Assembly (NCBI GenBank): GCA_038230375.1 | Contig: JBBRNJ010000001.1 | Coordinates: forward strand, 96,001-160,000 | Direction: 5' to 3' | DNA length: 64,000 bases | Origin: Polyangiales bacterium | GTDB taxonomy: Bacteria; Myxococcota_A; Polyangia; Polyangiales; Polyangiaceae | Part shown: positions 1 to 8,931 of the stretch, piece after piece | Position numbering within the stretch: position 1 is the stretch's first letter | Layout: every line of letters begins with the position of its first letter | Notes under the pieces: generated by a model | The model's input: only the letters and a program-made list of their open reading frames with translations | Told to the model about the DNA's origin: nothing | The model's database searches: none | Made by a program: the position numbers and the translations under genes

Positions 1-13
1 CAGAACCGGGGGC

Positions 14-961
14 GTGCTGACGGCGGCGCGGAACGTGACGTTCGGCGTTGCGCTCGCAGGGGCCCTGGGCACATCACTCGCGACGTCGCGGCTCGCGTAC
101 GCGCAGACACCTGCAGAGATCCAGACCGCACGCGAGACGTTTGGCGCGGCGATGAAGGACGAGCAGGCGGGAAACTTCAACGACGCGCTCGTGAAGTTCC
201 GTCAGGTTCAGAAGGTGAAGGACACGCCGCAGGTCCGCTATCGCATCGCGACCTGCCTCGCTGGCAGTGGCAAGCTACGCGAGGCCAGGAAGGCCTTCGG
301 CGAGATCACCGCGCAGCCTGGAAATCAGGAAGAGAAGGATGTGGAGACGGCGGCGAAGGAGCAGGTGGCCGCTCTCGCCGCGAGGACACCGACGGTGACC
401 ATTCACCTGCGGACGCAGCCGCCGGGCGGAGCGGACATCCAGATCGATGGGCTGCCCGCGGTCGCCGAACAGCCGCAGGAGGTCGACCCTGGATCACACA
501 CCGTGATGCTCACCGGCCCAGGCCTCAAGCGCGCCGAGCTCCAGATCACGACGCAGGAGTCGACCAAGCAGGTCGTGGAGATGGCAGTCGAGGTCGACGC
601 ACCACCGCCGCCGCCGCCCGTCAGCAACCGGCGCACCTACGGATTCATCGGTGTGGGTGTCGGCGGCGCGCTCGCGATCGGAACCATCGTCGCGCTGGTC
701 GTTCGAAATGGGGACATCGACGCCATCAAGAAGGACTGCCCTGGCAACATTTGCCCCTCCACAACACGCAACGACGTGAACTCGGCCAAGAGCAACGCCG
801 ACACTGCGGCGGTGGCGGCAGGGATCATGGGAGCAGGTGCGTTGATCGCAGGCGGAGTCGGTGCTTACTTCCTGCTCACACCGGAAAAGCCCCAGGCAGC
901 GGTGATTGGGTTTGCGCCACGGCAAGGCGGCGGCATGATTCAGCTGAGGGGCGAATTCTGA
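14..961 (+). CDS. Secreted TPR + PEGA-like domain protein (myxobacterial type)
   Basis: Signal peptide ending AYA-Q, TPR-like helices, PEGA-like IDG...VDPGSHTV segment, Pro linker, Gly-rich hydrophobic C-terminus with a CPxxxCP motif and terminal F. Confidence 0.75.
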   Translation: MLTAARNVTFGVALAGALGTSLATSRLAYAQTPAEIQTARETFGAAMKDEQAGNFNDALVKFRQVQKVKDTPQVRYRIATCLAGSGKLREARKAFGEITAQPGNQEEKDVETAAKEQVAALAARTPTVTIHLRTQPPGGADIQIDGLPAVAEQPQEVDPGSHTVMLTGPGLKRAELQITTQESTKQVVEMAVEVDAPPPPPPVSNRRTYGFIGVGVGGALAIGTIVALVVRNGDIDAIKKDCPGNICPSTTRNDVNSAKSNADTAAVAAGIMGAGALIAGGVGAYFLLTPEKPQAAVIGFAPRQGGGMIQLRGEF

Positions 962-1363
962 ATGCGCACGAAGTACTTATTTGCCGTTGGTGTTGCGGGT
1001 GTGCTGGCGGCGTGTGCGTCCGTCCCGAACGTGGTGTTCGAGGACGCCGATGGAGCCGCGGGCACCATCACGCTACCCGACGGCGCCGTCATATCGACGA
1101 CCGACAGCGGTGGTGGCGGTATGGACAGTGGCAGCGGGAAGGACAGCTCCACAGGCCCCAAGGACTCTGGTGTCAACACCATCGATGGTGGGAATCCGTG
1201 CGGCGCGGGGGCCGGGGAGATCTGCTGCGGCACGAAGGTATGCCACGGATGTTCGGCGGGGGATTGCGCCCAGTGCACGGGCCTCGGCTGCGCCGGCACC
1301 GACGTTTGCTGCAAGAAAGGCATGAACCTCACCTGCCACGTCCCTGGAACGGGGGGCTGTTGA
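962..1363 (+). CDS. Small Cys-rich lipoprotein
   Basis: Lipobox LAAC, D/G/S-rich linker, C-terminal Cys-rich domain; starts directly after the upstream stop. Confidence 0.7.
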   Translation: MRTKYLFAVGVAGVLAACASVPNVVFEDADGAAGTITLPDGAVISTTDSGGGGMDSGSGKDSSTGPKDSGVNTIDGGNPCGAGAGEICCGTKVCHGCSAGDCAQCTGLGCAGTDVCCKKGMNLTCHVPGTGGC

Positions 1364-1417
1364 CCAGCAAGATACACACTGTTCGCCGGTAGGCCCGAGT
1401 TGTGAGACAATTCTAGC

Positions 1418-2824
1418 GTGGGGTCCACGGAGACAGTCGAGTACGCGCCGGGGCAGCTGGTAGGCGGCAAGTACTTGCTGGTCTCCGAGATTGGTGCCGG
1501 TGGTATGGGCACGGTCTGGGCTGCGCGCAACAACGCAACCGACGCGGAGGTGGCGCTCAAGATCTGGCGCGATGACGGTCGCGACTCGGATGCGGAGAAC
1601 ACGCGCACGCGTTTCCGTAACGAGGCGAAGCTCTCTGCGATGCTCGCGCACCGCAATGTCGTCCGCGTGTTCGATCTTCTGACAGAGCCTGACGGAACGC
1701 TCGTACTGGTGATGGAGCGTCTTCGCGGCTGCTCGCTCGCGTCCTATCTGCGGACGTACGGCAAGATTGACGAGCACGCGGTGCTGGCGATCGGCTCGGG
1801 GTTGCTCGCTGCGCTCGATCAGGCACACCAGGCGGGCATCGTGCATCGCGACATGAAGCCGGCAAACGTGTTCCTCGCCGTCGAGGCGGACGGGCACGTC
1901 ACGCCAAAGCTGCTGGACTTCGGCATTGCCAAGGTGCCCTCGGCCAACACGTCGCTCACGCTGGACGGCAGCGTTCTGGGCACGCCCCGCTACATGTCGC
2001 CGGAGCAGATCCGGAGCAAGGAGATCGACGGCCGCAGCGACATCTTCTCACTCTCCACCGTGCTCTACGAGGCGCTCACTGGGACCTCCCCGTTTGACGG
2101 CGACACTGCCGGCGCGGCGCTCGCCATGGTGCTCGAGATCAACGTCGATCCCGATCCCACCCTCAACCCGCAGCTGTGGACCGCACTGTCGCGCGGGCTT
2201 GCCAAGAAGCCCTATGAGCGACCCAGCAGCGCCGGCGAGTTCGCCGCCGGATTGCGCGCGGCGTGCCCGACCACGGACACGGAGCTCGATCAGGCGCTGC
2301 GGCAGCTCAACATCGCTGCGGTCGCCGAGGAGCCCGTGGTCATCCCCTCGCTCCCGACCAGCTTCCAGCGCGGCAAAAAGCGATCGCGATTGCCGATCTA
2401 CCTCGCGCTGACGGGTATCTTCGCGCTGGCGGTAACCGTTGGCGTCACGCTCGGTCGTCGCGCGCCTGAGCCACAAGGCAGCACACACGTCACGAACGCG
2501 GCCGGCGGCAACGGCACGGGCGGCGCCAGCACCGCGAGCACGAGCGCAGGCGCGAGTATGGGAACGGCCATGAGCACTGGCGCGAGCACGGGAACGGCTG
2601 TGAGCACCGGCACGAGCACGGGCACCGGCGCCACCACGAACGTGAACGAGCCTTCGGTCTTCGAGGTCCCCGCCGACAACAACCCGTGGAACTCCGTCCC
2701 CACGATGACCCCTGCGAATGGCGGCGGCACCACGAACGGCGGCGCCGGCAAGATCAAGAAGCCGGTCGCGCCAGCGGCAAGCGCCAGCGGTAAGCGCCCC
2801 GTCGCCACCACGCCCGGATTCTAG
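1418..2824 (+). CDS. Membrane-anchored Hanks-type Ser/Thr protein kinase
   Basis: IGAGGMG, VALK, HRDMKPAN, DFG, GTPRYMSPEQ motifs; one TM segment followed by an S/T/G-rich tail. Confidence 0.95.
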   Translation: MGSTETVEYAPGQLVGGKYLLVSEIGAGGMGTVWAARNNATDAEVALKIWRDDGRDSDAENTRTRFRNEAKLSAMLAHRNVVRVFDLLTEPDGTLVLVMERLRGCSLASYLRTYGKIDEHAVLAIGSGLLAALDQAHQAGIVHRDMKPANVFLAVEADGHVTPKLLDFGIAKVPSANTSLTLDGSVLGTPRYMSPEQIRSKEIDGRSDIFSLSTVLYEALTGTSPFDGDTAGAALAMVLEINVDPDPTLNPQLWTALSRGLAKKPYERPSSAGEFAAGLRAACPTTDTELDQALRQLNIAAVAEEPVVIPSLPTSFQRGKKRSRLPIYLALTGIFALAVTVGVTLGRRAPEPQGSTHVTNAAGGNGTGGASTASTSAGASMGTAMSTGASTGTAVSTGTSTGTGATTNVNEPSVFEVPADNNPWNSVPTMTPANGGGTTNGGAGKIKKPVAPAASASGKRPVATTPGF

Positions 2825-3612
2825 CCAAAGCTGCGGAGCACGCGCTCCAGCGCCACGGGAAGATGGCGCGCCAGGATGGCGGCCCATGCGGCCTGGCCCG
2901 CTGCGTCGGCGATGAGGTCCTGCCGGATCTCCATCTCCACGTGGAGGATCCCTCGCTTCTCGCCGTGCGTGGGCACCGTGTAGTCGGATTTGTCGTTCAG
3001 CGCGTACGGCTCGTTGTCACCGACGACCAGCGCTTCATCCTCGCGAAGGAGCGCGAGCATGGCGTGGGCGAACCGTGGGTCACGGTTGTAGAGTACACCT
3101 ACGTGGAACGGCCGCGCGTTGCCCTTGAAGACGGGCGTGAAGCTGTGGACGCTGACCAGCACGGTGAGCACGCTCCGCGCGTCCCGCAGGGCCAGCACCT
3201 CTGCGAGCTTGTTCTGGTACGGGTGGAAGATCTCCATGCGGCGATGCGCGCGCTCGTGCTCGCTCACGCCTTCGTTGCCGGGGATACGCGTGTGCTCGCT
3301 GATGACTGCGACCGCGTCGGCAGCGTCGACCGGACGATTGCAGTCGTAGACGAGCCGCGAGTACGTCTGCAGGATCGCAAAGGCGCCGAGCATGGACGAC
3401 AGGTGACGCGTCACGCTCGCAGCGCCGATGTCCCACGCGATGTGTCGCTCGCGGTCTTCCGAGGGGACGCCGAGATCACCCAGCGAGCGTGGGATCTGCC
3501 GGCCCGCGTGATCGCAGCACAGCACGAACGGCGAGTCGAAGGACTGCGGTCCCTCGTGCAGCGCGGTGAACGGCGGAGGGTCGTCGGGAGAGAGCAGCAG
3601 CGGGCGGCTCAT
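2821..3612 (-). CDS. N-formylglutamate amidohydrolase family protein
   Basis: CDHAG, HIAWDIGA, YSRLVYDCNR, SVHSFTP, GDNEPY, EIRQDLI motifs. Confidence 0.9.
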   Translation of the reverse strand: MSRPLLLSPDDPPPFTALHEGPQSFDSPFVLCCDHAGRQIPRSLGDLGVPSEDRERHIAWDIGAASVTRHLSSMLGAFAILQTYSRLVYDCNRPVDAADAVAVISEHTRIPGNEGVSEHERAHRRMEIFHPYQNKLAEVLALRDARSVLTVLVSVHSFTPVFKGNARPFHVGVLYNRDPRFAHAMLALLREDEALVVGDNEPYALNDKSDYTVPTHGEKRGILHVEMEIRQDLIADAAGQAAWAAILARHLPVALERVLRSFG

Positions 3613-3890
3613 GCTCCCTTCTTTTTAGGACGACTGGGGCTGGTTCGCAACGTCGCGCGTTTGCCTTCGGGCGGACACGCGGGCCGGAGGGGCTCGTCCT
3701 CGCGCTCGGCCCACGCGATGAGCTCGTCGACGAAGGCGCGCACCTGCGCCGCGATGATCTCGCGCTCCTCGTAGATCGTGGGCGCTCCGACCCGAGTCGC
3801 GCAAGCTCGCTGCGGCTCCGGTGGTTGCGGACAGGCCGGTCAGCTCGGCCACGGGCGCCCCGCAGACTGCGTGAAGCTGGCTCTGCTCAC
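3609..3890 (-). other. Short ORF with one in-frame TGA (gene remnant or recoded ORF)
   Basis: GTG overlaps the upstream stop and the final TGA overlaps the downstream ATG in the same frame; internal TGA at 3842-3840; central part TIYEEREIIAAQVRAFVDELIAWAERE looks coding. Confidence 0.3.
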
Positions 3891-4564
3891 TCCTTCTCGG
3901 AGCGGAGCGCGTCGTCGATGCGTCGCTCGAGCTCCGCGTCCTCCGCAGGCTGCGCATCAACAGCGGAGACGCGGGTGCGGAGCTCGCCGCTTGCGAACAG
4001 GCGAGACGCCTCGGCCATGATCGCGGTCAGCTTGTCGAGCTCGGGCGCCGGGATGGTGCGCTCGCTGAGCACGGACATGAGCTTGTCCGCGAACAGGGGA
4101 TCCTTCGACGTGAGCGTGGAGAGCGTGCGCGAGGTGGCACCGCTGCGTAGGACGATGACCTCGCCGCGCTGCCACGTGCCCACGGGAAGCGCACCACCGA
4201 GCAGACTGAACCTCACATGCATCGGCGCGCGCTGAAAAGCGAGGCCGGCGAGCGGAAGGCGAATCACCTCGCCGCGTCTGGCTCCCGGCACCGAGAGCGC
4301 GTCGCCTTCGATGACGAGCTCACCTCTGATCCCACCAACGCGATACGGCTCCGTCGTCGCCCATGATGCGATCACGAAGACGAGCAGCGAGACGGTGATG
4401 AAGATGATGAACGGCGGAGCGCCGCTCCCGAGCCCGAACAGCAAGAATCCGACCGCGAGCGCCGTGAACGCCGACATCAGCCAGAACGCGACAAGATAGA
4501 GCGGCGGCGTGCGCAGCGGAAAGCGCACGGCGGGGAGCTCCTTCTTGCTGCGGTACGGGCTCAC
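3887..4564 (-). CDS. Hypothetical membrane protein (2 TM)
   Basis: Two hydrophobic helices; likely GTG start overlapping the upstream TGA (GTGA). Confidence 0.65.
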   Translation of the reverse strand: MSPYRSKKELPAVRFPLRTPPLYLVAFWLMSAFTALAVGFLLFGLGSGAPPFIIFITVSLLVFVIASWATTEPYRVGGIRGELVIEGDALSVPGARRGEVIRLPLAGLAFQRAPMHVRFSLLGGALPVGTWQRGEVIVLRSGATSRTLSTLTSKDPLFADKLMSVLSERTIPAPELDKLTAIMAEASRLFASGELRTRVSAVDAQPAEDAELERRIDDALRSEKE

Positions 4565-5415
4565 TTGCAGTTTGGATGATCGCGCTCGAAGCTCGCGTCG
4601 ATCTGCGCGGGCGTGAGCGACGCGGGCGTGGCCAGGCGGGACCACCATGCGTGCATCATCGCGCGGCCCTCGTTGCAGCGGCCGTTCTTGGCGGCGCACT
4701 CTGCCGCCATGTGAAGGTCCGACACGGCGATGTTACGCGCCTGATCATCGGCCTGGTTGCCGCGCGGTGACGCGTCGATCAGGTGAATCAGCTCCAGTCC
4801 TTCGGTCGCGCAGAACGCGCCGTCCTTCGCCTCGGACGCCTCGTGCAGCGCGCTCATGTCGTGGAAGAATCGCTCGCGCGGGAGGAGCTTCGCGGGCGGG
4901 CAGTGCTGCGCAGCCATCGACATCGTTGCGGTGTCGAGCTCGTCGGACTTCATGCGCCGCTGCGTGGGCGCGTCGTCCAGGCCCTTGCGAAAGCGAGCGC
5001 GCGCCTCCACGCATCTTCCCGCCTGGAACTCGCAGATGGAGCGGGTCATCCAGCGCGTGGCTGCATGGCGGGGATCCGCGGCGTCGGCGGCGTCTAGCTC
5101 CCTCAGGCAGCCCGGGCCGTCGCCGTCCTTGCTGCGGTAGAGCGCGGCGGTGACGTGGTTCGACATGGACTCGTAGTCGACGGAGCCGATAGGGGGAGGA
5201 GGAGGGGTGGAGGTGGAGGGATAGGTTTGGGGGGAGGTCTGGGCGGAGGTCTGGGTCGAGGTCGAGGTGGGATCGACGGCGCTTGCGGGATCGGTGGGCG
5301 CGCAGTTTGTGGCGGCGCGAGTGGGGGGCGCATCGCGACAGGGGCATGGTGCCTGAGCTGCTCCGCACGCGGTGAGCGTGGAGAAGAGGAGTAGCGATGG
5401 AGCGAGACGCGGCAT
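4561..5415 (-). CDS. Hypothetical Cys-containing helical-repeat lipoprotein
   Basis: Lipobox LTAC, P/T/S linker, paired Cys in a helical domain. Confidence 0.65.
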   Translation of the reverse strand: MPRLAPSLLLFSTLTACGAAQAPCPCRDAPPTRAATNCAPTDPASAVDPTSTSTQTSAQTSPQTYPSTSTPPPPPIGSVDYESMSNHVTAALYRSKDGDGPGCLRELDAADAADPRHAATRWMTRSICEFQAGRCVEARARFRKGLDDAPTQRRMKSDELDTATMSMAAQHCPPAKLLPRERFFHDMSALHEASEAKDGAFCATEGLELIHLIDASPRGNQADDQARNIAVSDLHMAAECAAKNGRCNEGRAMMHAWWSRLATPASLTPAQIDASFERDHPNCK

Positions 5416-5429
5416 GACCCACACAATGG

Positions 5430-5830
5430 ACCACGCGAAGCGAGCGAGGTCCAGGTGGCGGTGTCACCTGGCTTCAGACCGGCACATGGGTGACACTTTC
5501 ATGCACTCTGCACGTGTTTGACCCAAGGTGCTGCGGTCGCCGTAGGGGACGAACGCTGCCTCGATGGCGCCGAACGTCTCCGTTGCGCGGGCTAGGCCTC
5601 CCGCCCTGGGCGTTCAGAACCGTTCACCTCCCAGGTGTACGGCGCGCGAGAAAATGCCGACAAAACCGCAAATTCACCCCCAATTGTACACCTGACGGGT
5701 GTACTCTGTTTTTCGGCGATTCACGAGGCGGGTGCCAAGGGAGGCGCGGCGGTCGCCATACGGTGCCACCCGAGGGGAGGGTCGCTACCTGTAGAGCCTC
5801 GACCGCGAGTGACACCGACCTCGACCTCGA
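5430..5830. other. Structured intergenic region with nested and alternative inverted repeats
   Basis: CCAGGTG/CACCTGG, GTGTCACC/GGTGACAC, CAGGTGTAC/GTACACCTG, GTACACC/GGTGTAC, GCCGACAAAAC/GTTTTTCGGC, GCCTCCC/GGGAGGC. Confidence 0.4.
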
Positions 5831-5831
5831 C

Positions 5832-7073
5832 CTACGGGCCGTCTCCGGGGTCTGGGCTGTGGGGTTTGTATCTCCACTTTGCCAGCTTCTTCAGGGCTGC
5901 TTCGGGGTGGCCGCCTTGGCCCTGGAAGCCGACCTTGTAGACGTGGTTGTCGTACCAGCCGGTGACGTACGCGTGCTTGCCGTCGCGGCTCACAGCAACG
6001 CCACTGCCTCGATCCATGCCGGGGACCGGGAACGTGCGTGACGTCATGTCCGTGGTGTCCACGACGGAGATGCTGCGGGTGAGACCGTAGTCCGCGGACC
6101 ACAAGTAGCGGCCGTTCGCGGAGATGCCGATGCTCTTGGGTGCGTCGCCGACTTGCGCGCGGCGGACGATCTTCTCGGTGGTGACGTCCATCGCGGCGAC
6201 CTGCGAGGCCGTGAGGCAGGAGATGTAGAGCGTCTTCTCGTCCGGGGAGAGCGCGAGGTGGCGCGGGCACGTGCACGTCTTGATGCGGTGGTGCTTCTCG
6301 AGGTCCGGGCCTTCCCACACGTCGATCGACCCGGAGAAGAAGTTCGCTACGTACAGCACGCCGCTTCGGCTGACGGCCATTCCGCGCGGGTTTTTCCCGG
6401 CTTTCAGCGTGCGCACCACGGTGGCGGACTTCACGTCGACCTGGGTGACGTCGTTGCTCGACCAGTTCGCGACGAACAAGTTCTTCTCGTCCGGCGACAG
6501 GACGACGATCTTCGGGTGCCCGCCGACCTTCACCTCGTGAACGGTCTGGCCGGTGGCGACGTCAATGTAGAAGACCGCGTGCCGCCAGAAGTCGGAGACG
6601 TAGAGCGTCTTGTCGTCACCGGAGATCGCGGCCTCGACGGCGGACCCAGGAACGATCAGCTCTCCCTTCGGGGCCAGCGTGTCTGCGTCCAGCACGGTCA
6701 CCGAGTGCCGCCCCGACTCGCGGAAGTTCGTCACGTAGAGAGTCTTCTCGTCGTGCGAGAGGAATGCACCCTTCGGGTTCACGCCCGTCGCCTCCACCTC
6801 TTGCACCTCGAGGAGCGGCGGCGGACCAGACGGGTCCGGTTCGATCGGCGGGATGTCCGCGCTCCGGGCGATCGTGGCACCGGTGTCGCTGCCCGCATCA
6901 CCGAGAGCCGTCGCCAGGTTCGCTTCGCCTGCATCCTTGCTTGCGACCGTGATGGACGCGGTGCTCGCGGCGTCTCGCGCGTCGGCGGCCTCACTCCTTC
7001 CACACGCCGTGACCGCGGCCGTCGCAACGACGAGCAGCGCGAGCGCGATGGCGGGAAGAACAAGGGACTTCAT
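5832..7073 (-). CDS. YVTN/YncE-type beta-propeller lipoprotein
   Basis: Lipobox VTAC; repeated SxDxKTLYV blades and GxxP motifs. Confidence 0.85.
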   Translation of the reverse strand: MKSLVLPAIALALLVVATAAVTACGRSEAADARDAASTASITVASKDAGEANLATALGDAGSDTGATIARSADIPPIEPDPSGPPPLLEVQEVEATGVNPKGAFLSHDEKTLYVTNFRESGRHSVTVLDADTLAPKGELIVPGSAVEAAISGDDKTLYVSDFWRHAVFYIDVATGQTVHEVKVGGHPKIVVLSPDEKNLFVANWSSNDVTQVDVKSATVVRTLKAGKNPRGMAVSRSGVLYVANFFSGSIDVWEGPDLEKHHRIKTCTCPRHLALSPDEKTLYISCLTASQVAAMDVTTEKIVRRAQVGDAPKSIGISANGRYLWSADYGLTRSISVVDTTDMTSRTFPVPGMDRGSGVAVSRDGKHAYVTGWYDNHVYKVGFQGQGGHPEAALKKLAKWRYKPHSPDPGDGP

Positions 7074-7156
7074 GCGACCATGCAGGATTACCGCATCCGT
7101 GGCGGAAGGCCCAATTCACCGGCTCCACGGGCGTGGGGCGGGCTATACCGTCGCTC

Positions 7157-7591
7157 ATGACGGACCTCTCGCCCGGTCGCGCGCGCGCGTTGCGCATCGT
7201 TCGCGTCGGCCTTGGCGCGCTGATGTGTGGCGTGGGGCTGATGCACTTCGTGTCGCCTGGACCGTTCGCGGAGATCGTCCCCAGCTACCTCCCCTACCCG
7301 CAGCTCCTCGTGGCGGTGAGCGGCGTGTTCGAGATCGCGCTGGGCGCGGGGCTCTTCCTGCCGCGAACACGCAGGCTCGCGTCGCTAGGTCTCGTACTGC
7401 TCTACGTCGCGGTCTTCCCGGCGAACATCTACATGGCGATGCACCACATCCAGCCAGGCGGCGTCTCCATGCCGGAATGGGCGGGGTGGGCGCGCCTGCC
7501 CTTCCAGGCCGTGTTCATCGCGCTCGCCATCGCCGCAGGCCGCGATCGCACGGGCCGAACGGGCGCTGCGATACCATCAACGACGTCGTGA
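7157..7591 (+). CDS. DoxX-like membrane protein
   Basis: GLMHF...IVP.YLP, SGVFEI, VFPANIYM, WARLPFQ pattern typical of this family. Confidence 0.8.
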   Translation: MTDLSPGRARALRIVRVGLGALMCGVGLMHFVSPGPFAEIVPSYLPYPQLLVAVSGVFEIALGAGLFLPRTRRLASLGLVLLYVAVFPANIYMAMHHIQPGGVSMPEWAGWARLPFQAVFIALAIAAGRDRTGRTGAAIPSTTS

Positions 7592-7594
7592 CCC

Positions 7595-8236
7595 CTAGCG
7601 GAAGTTCTGCACCGCCCAGACGCTTCCGTCGGCCAGTGTGTAGAAGCCGCACGACACCTGCGTGTAGCGCGCGGCCTTCATGTTCTCGTAGTGGCCACCG
7701 CCAGGTCCTTCGCCCCACATCATCTTGAGGCAAGAGGGGATCATGTCGCCCGCGGGGCCGGGCCAGCCCGGGCACTCGTTCTGGCCCATCTCGCTGCATG
7801 TGCCGAACGCGCCGTGCGCGGAGCCGGACTTGGAGTCACTCTGCGCCTGGCCGTCGGAGCATTTCTCCTCCGCGGTCCAGCGCGTGAGCGCGGGCGAGCC
7901 CACCGTCTTGCGGTACGCGTTGATCTGATCGACGCAGGTCTGCTCCGCCGAGCTCGGGCCGGGGTTGCCCGTGTTGCCGCTCGAGCCTGCGTCCGGAGCG
8001 CCGCTGCCGGCCGAACCAGAACCAGAGCCACCGGAACCAGAGGAGCCGGAGCCGGAGGAGCCTGACGAACCAGATGACGGTTCGCCGCCGCTCGCGCCGG
8101 GGTCGGTGCCCGTCTGCGATGTCGCGGGGCCGTAGCCGCGAGGCTGCAGCGTGCCGGGGTCGTCACTGCAGGCGATGAGGGTGAGGCTCATACCCAGGAG
8201 CGAGGCCAGGGGGAAGAAGAATTGTCCGAAGCGCAT
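7595..8236 (-). CDS. CAP/SCP-like domain lipoprotein
   Basis: Lipobox LIAC, S/G linker, INAYR...MWxEGPGGGHYxNM...WAVQNF. Confidence 0.8.
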   Translation of the reverse strand: MRFGQFFFPLASLLGMSLTLIACSDDPGTLQPRGYGPATSQTGTDPGASGGEPSSGSSGSSGSGSSGSGGSGSGSAGSGAPDAGSSGNTGNPGPSSAEQTCVDQINAYRKTVGSPALTRWTAEEKCSDGQAQSDSKSGSAHGAFGTCSEMGQNECPGWPGPAGDMIPSCLKMMWGEGPGGGHYENMKAARYTQVSCGFYTLADGSVWAVQNFR

Positions 8237-8401
8237 GTCGATCACTGTAACGACAGGGAGACACCGCGCCAGGAAGCGCATGATCTTCCACCATGGTCGA
8301 ACAATTGAAGAACGACCCATCACGCTCATTCGAGAAAATAAGGTGGATCACGTGATCCATGGCAACCCACGACCCAGACGAACGCACCTACCCGCGCGGG
8401 A

Positions 8402-8920
8402 TCATTTGAAGTCCTGGACGGCCCATACGGTGCCGTCGGGCAGCGTGTAGAAGCCGCAGGCAACCCACTGGTAGTTCGGGTTCTTCATGTTGTCGTAGTG
8501 GCCGCCGCCCGGTCCTTCGGCCCACATCATCTTGAGGCAGTCGCCGATCATCGCTCCGGGTGGGCCGGCCCAGCCGGGGCACTCGTCCTGCGCCATCTCG
8601 CCGCAGCGTCCGAACGCGCCGTGTGCCTTGCCGCTGCCCGAGTCGCTTCGTGATTCGCCAATGGCGCAGCTCTCTGCCACGCTCCATCGCAAGAGCGGTG
8701 GCGAGCCCACGGTCCTTCGATACGCATTGATGCCGTCGACGCACTCTTGCTCCGGTGAGCTTGCGCCCGCAGGCGTGGGCTGCGGCGCGAGCTGCGGTCG
8801 GTTCGGCTGCGCATAGTGCTGGGGCTGCGGTGGCGACTGCGGCCCCTGTTGCGTCGCCGGATCTTCTCCGCACGCGGCGAGCAAGACGCAGGAGATCACG
8901 GCGAACGAGACGGGCTTCAT
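8402..8920 (-). CDS. CAP/SCP-like domain lipoprotein (paralog of 7595-8236)
   Basis: Lipobox LAAC, P/Q linker, closely similar C-terminal domain; start taken at MKPVSF, not the long ORF. Confidence 0.8.
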   Translation of the reverse strand: MKPVSFAVISCVLLAACGEDPATQQGPQSPPQPQHYAQPNRPQLAPQPTPAGASSPEQECVDGINAYRRTVGSPPLLRWSVAESCAIGESRSDSGSGKAHGAFGRCGEMAQDECPGWAGPPGAMIGDCLKMMWAEGPGGGHYDNMKNPNYQWVACGFYTLPDGTVWAVQDFK

Positions 8921-8931
8921 GATGGACGAGT

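Noticed and set aside
5255..5272. GGTCGA repeat on the opposite strand
   Set aside because: Lies inside a CDS encoding a TSTST linker, so not counted with the intergenic arrays
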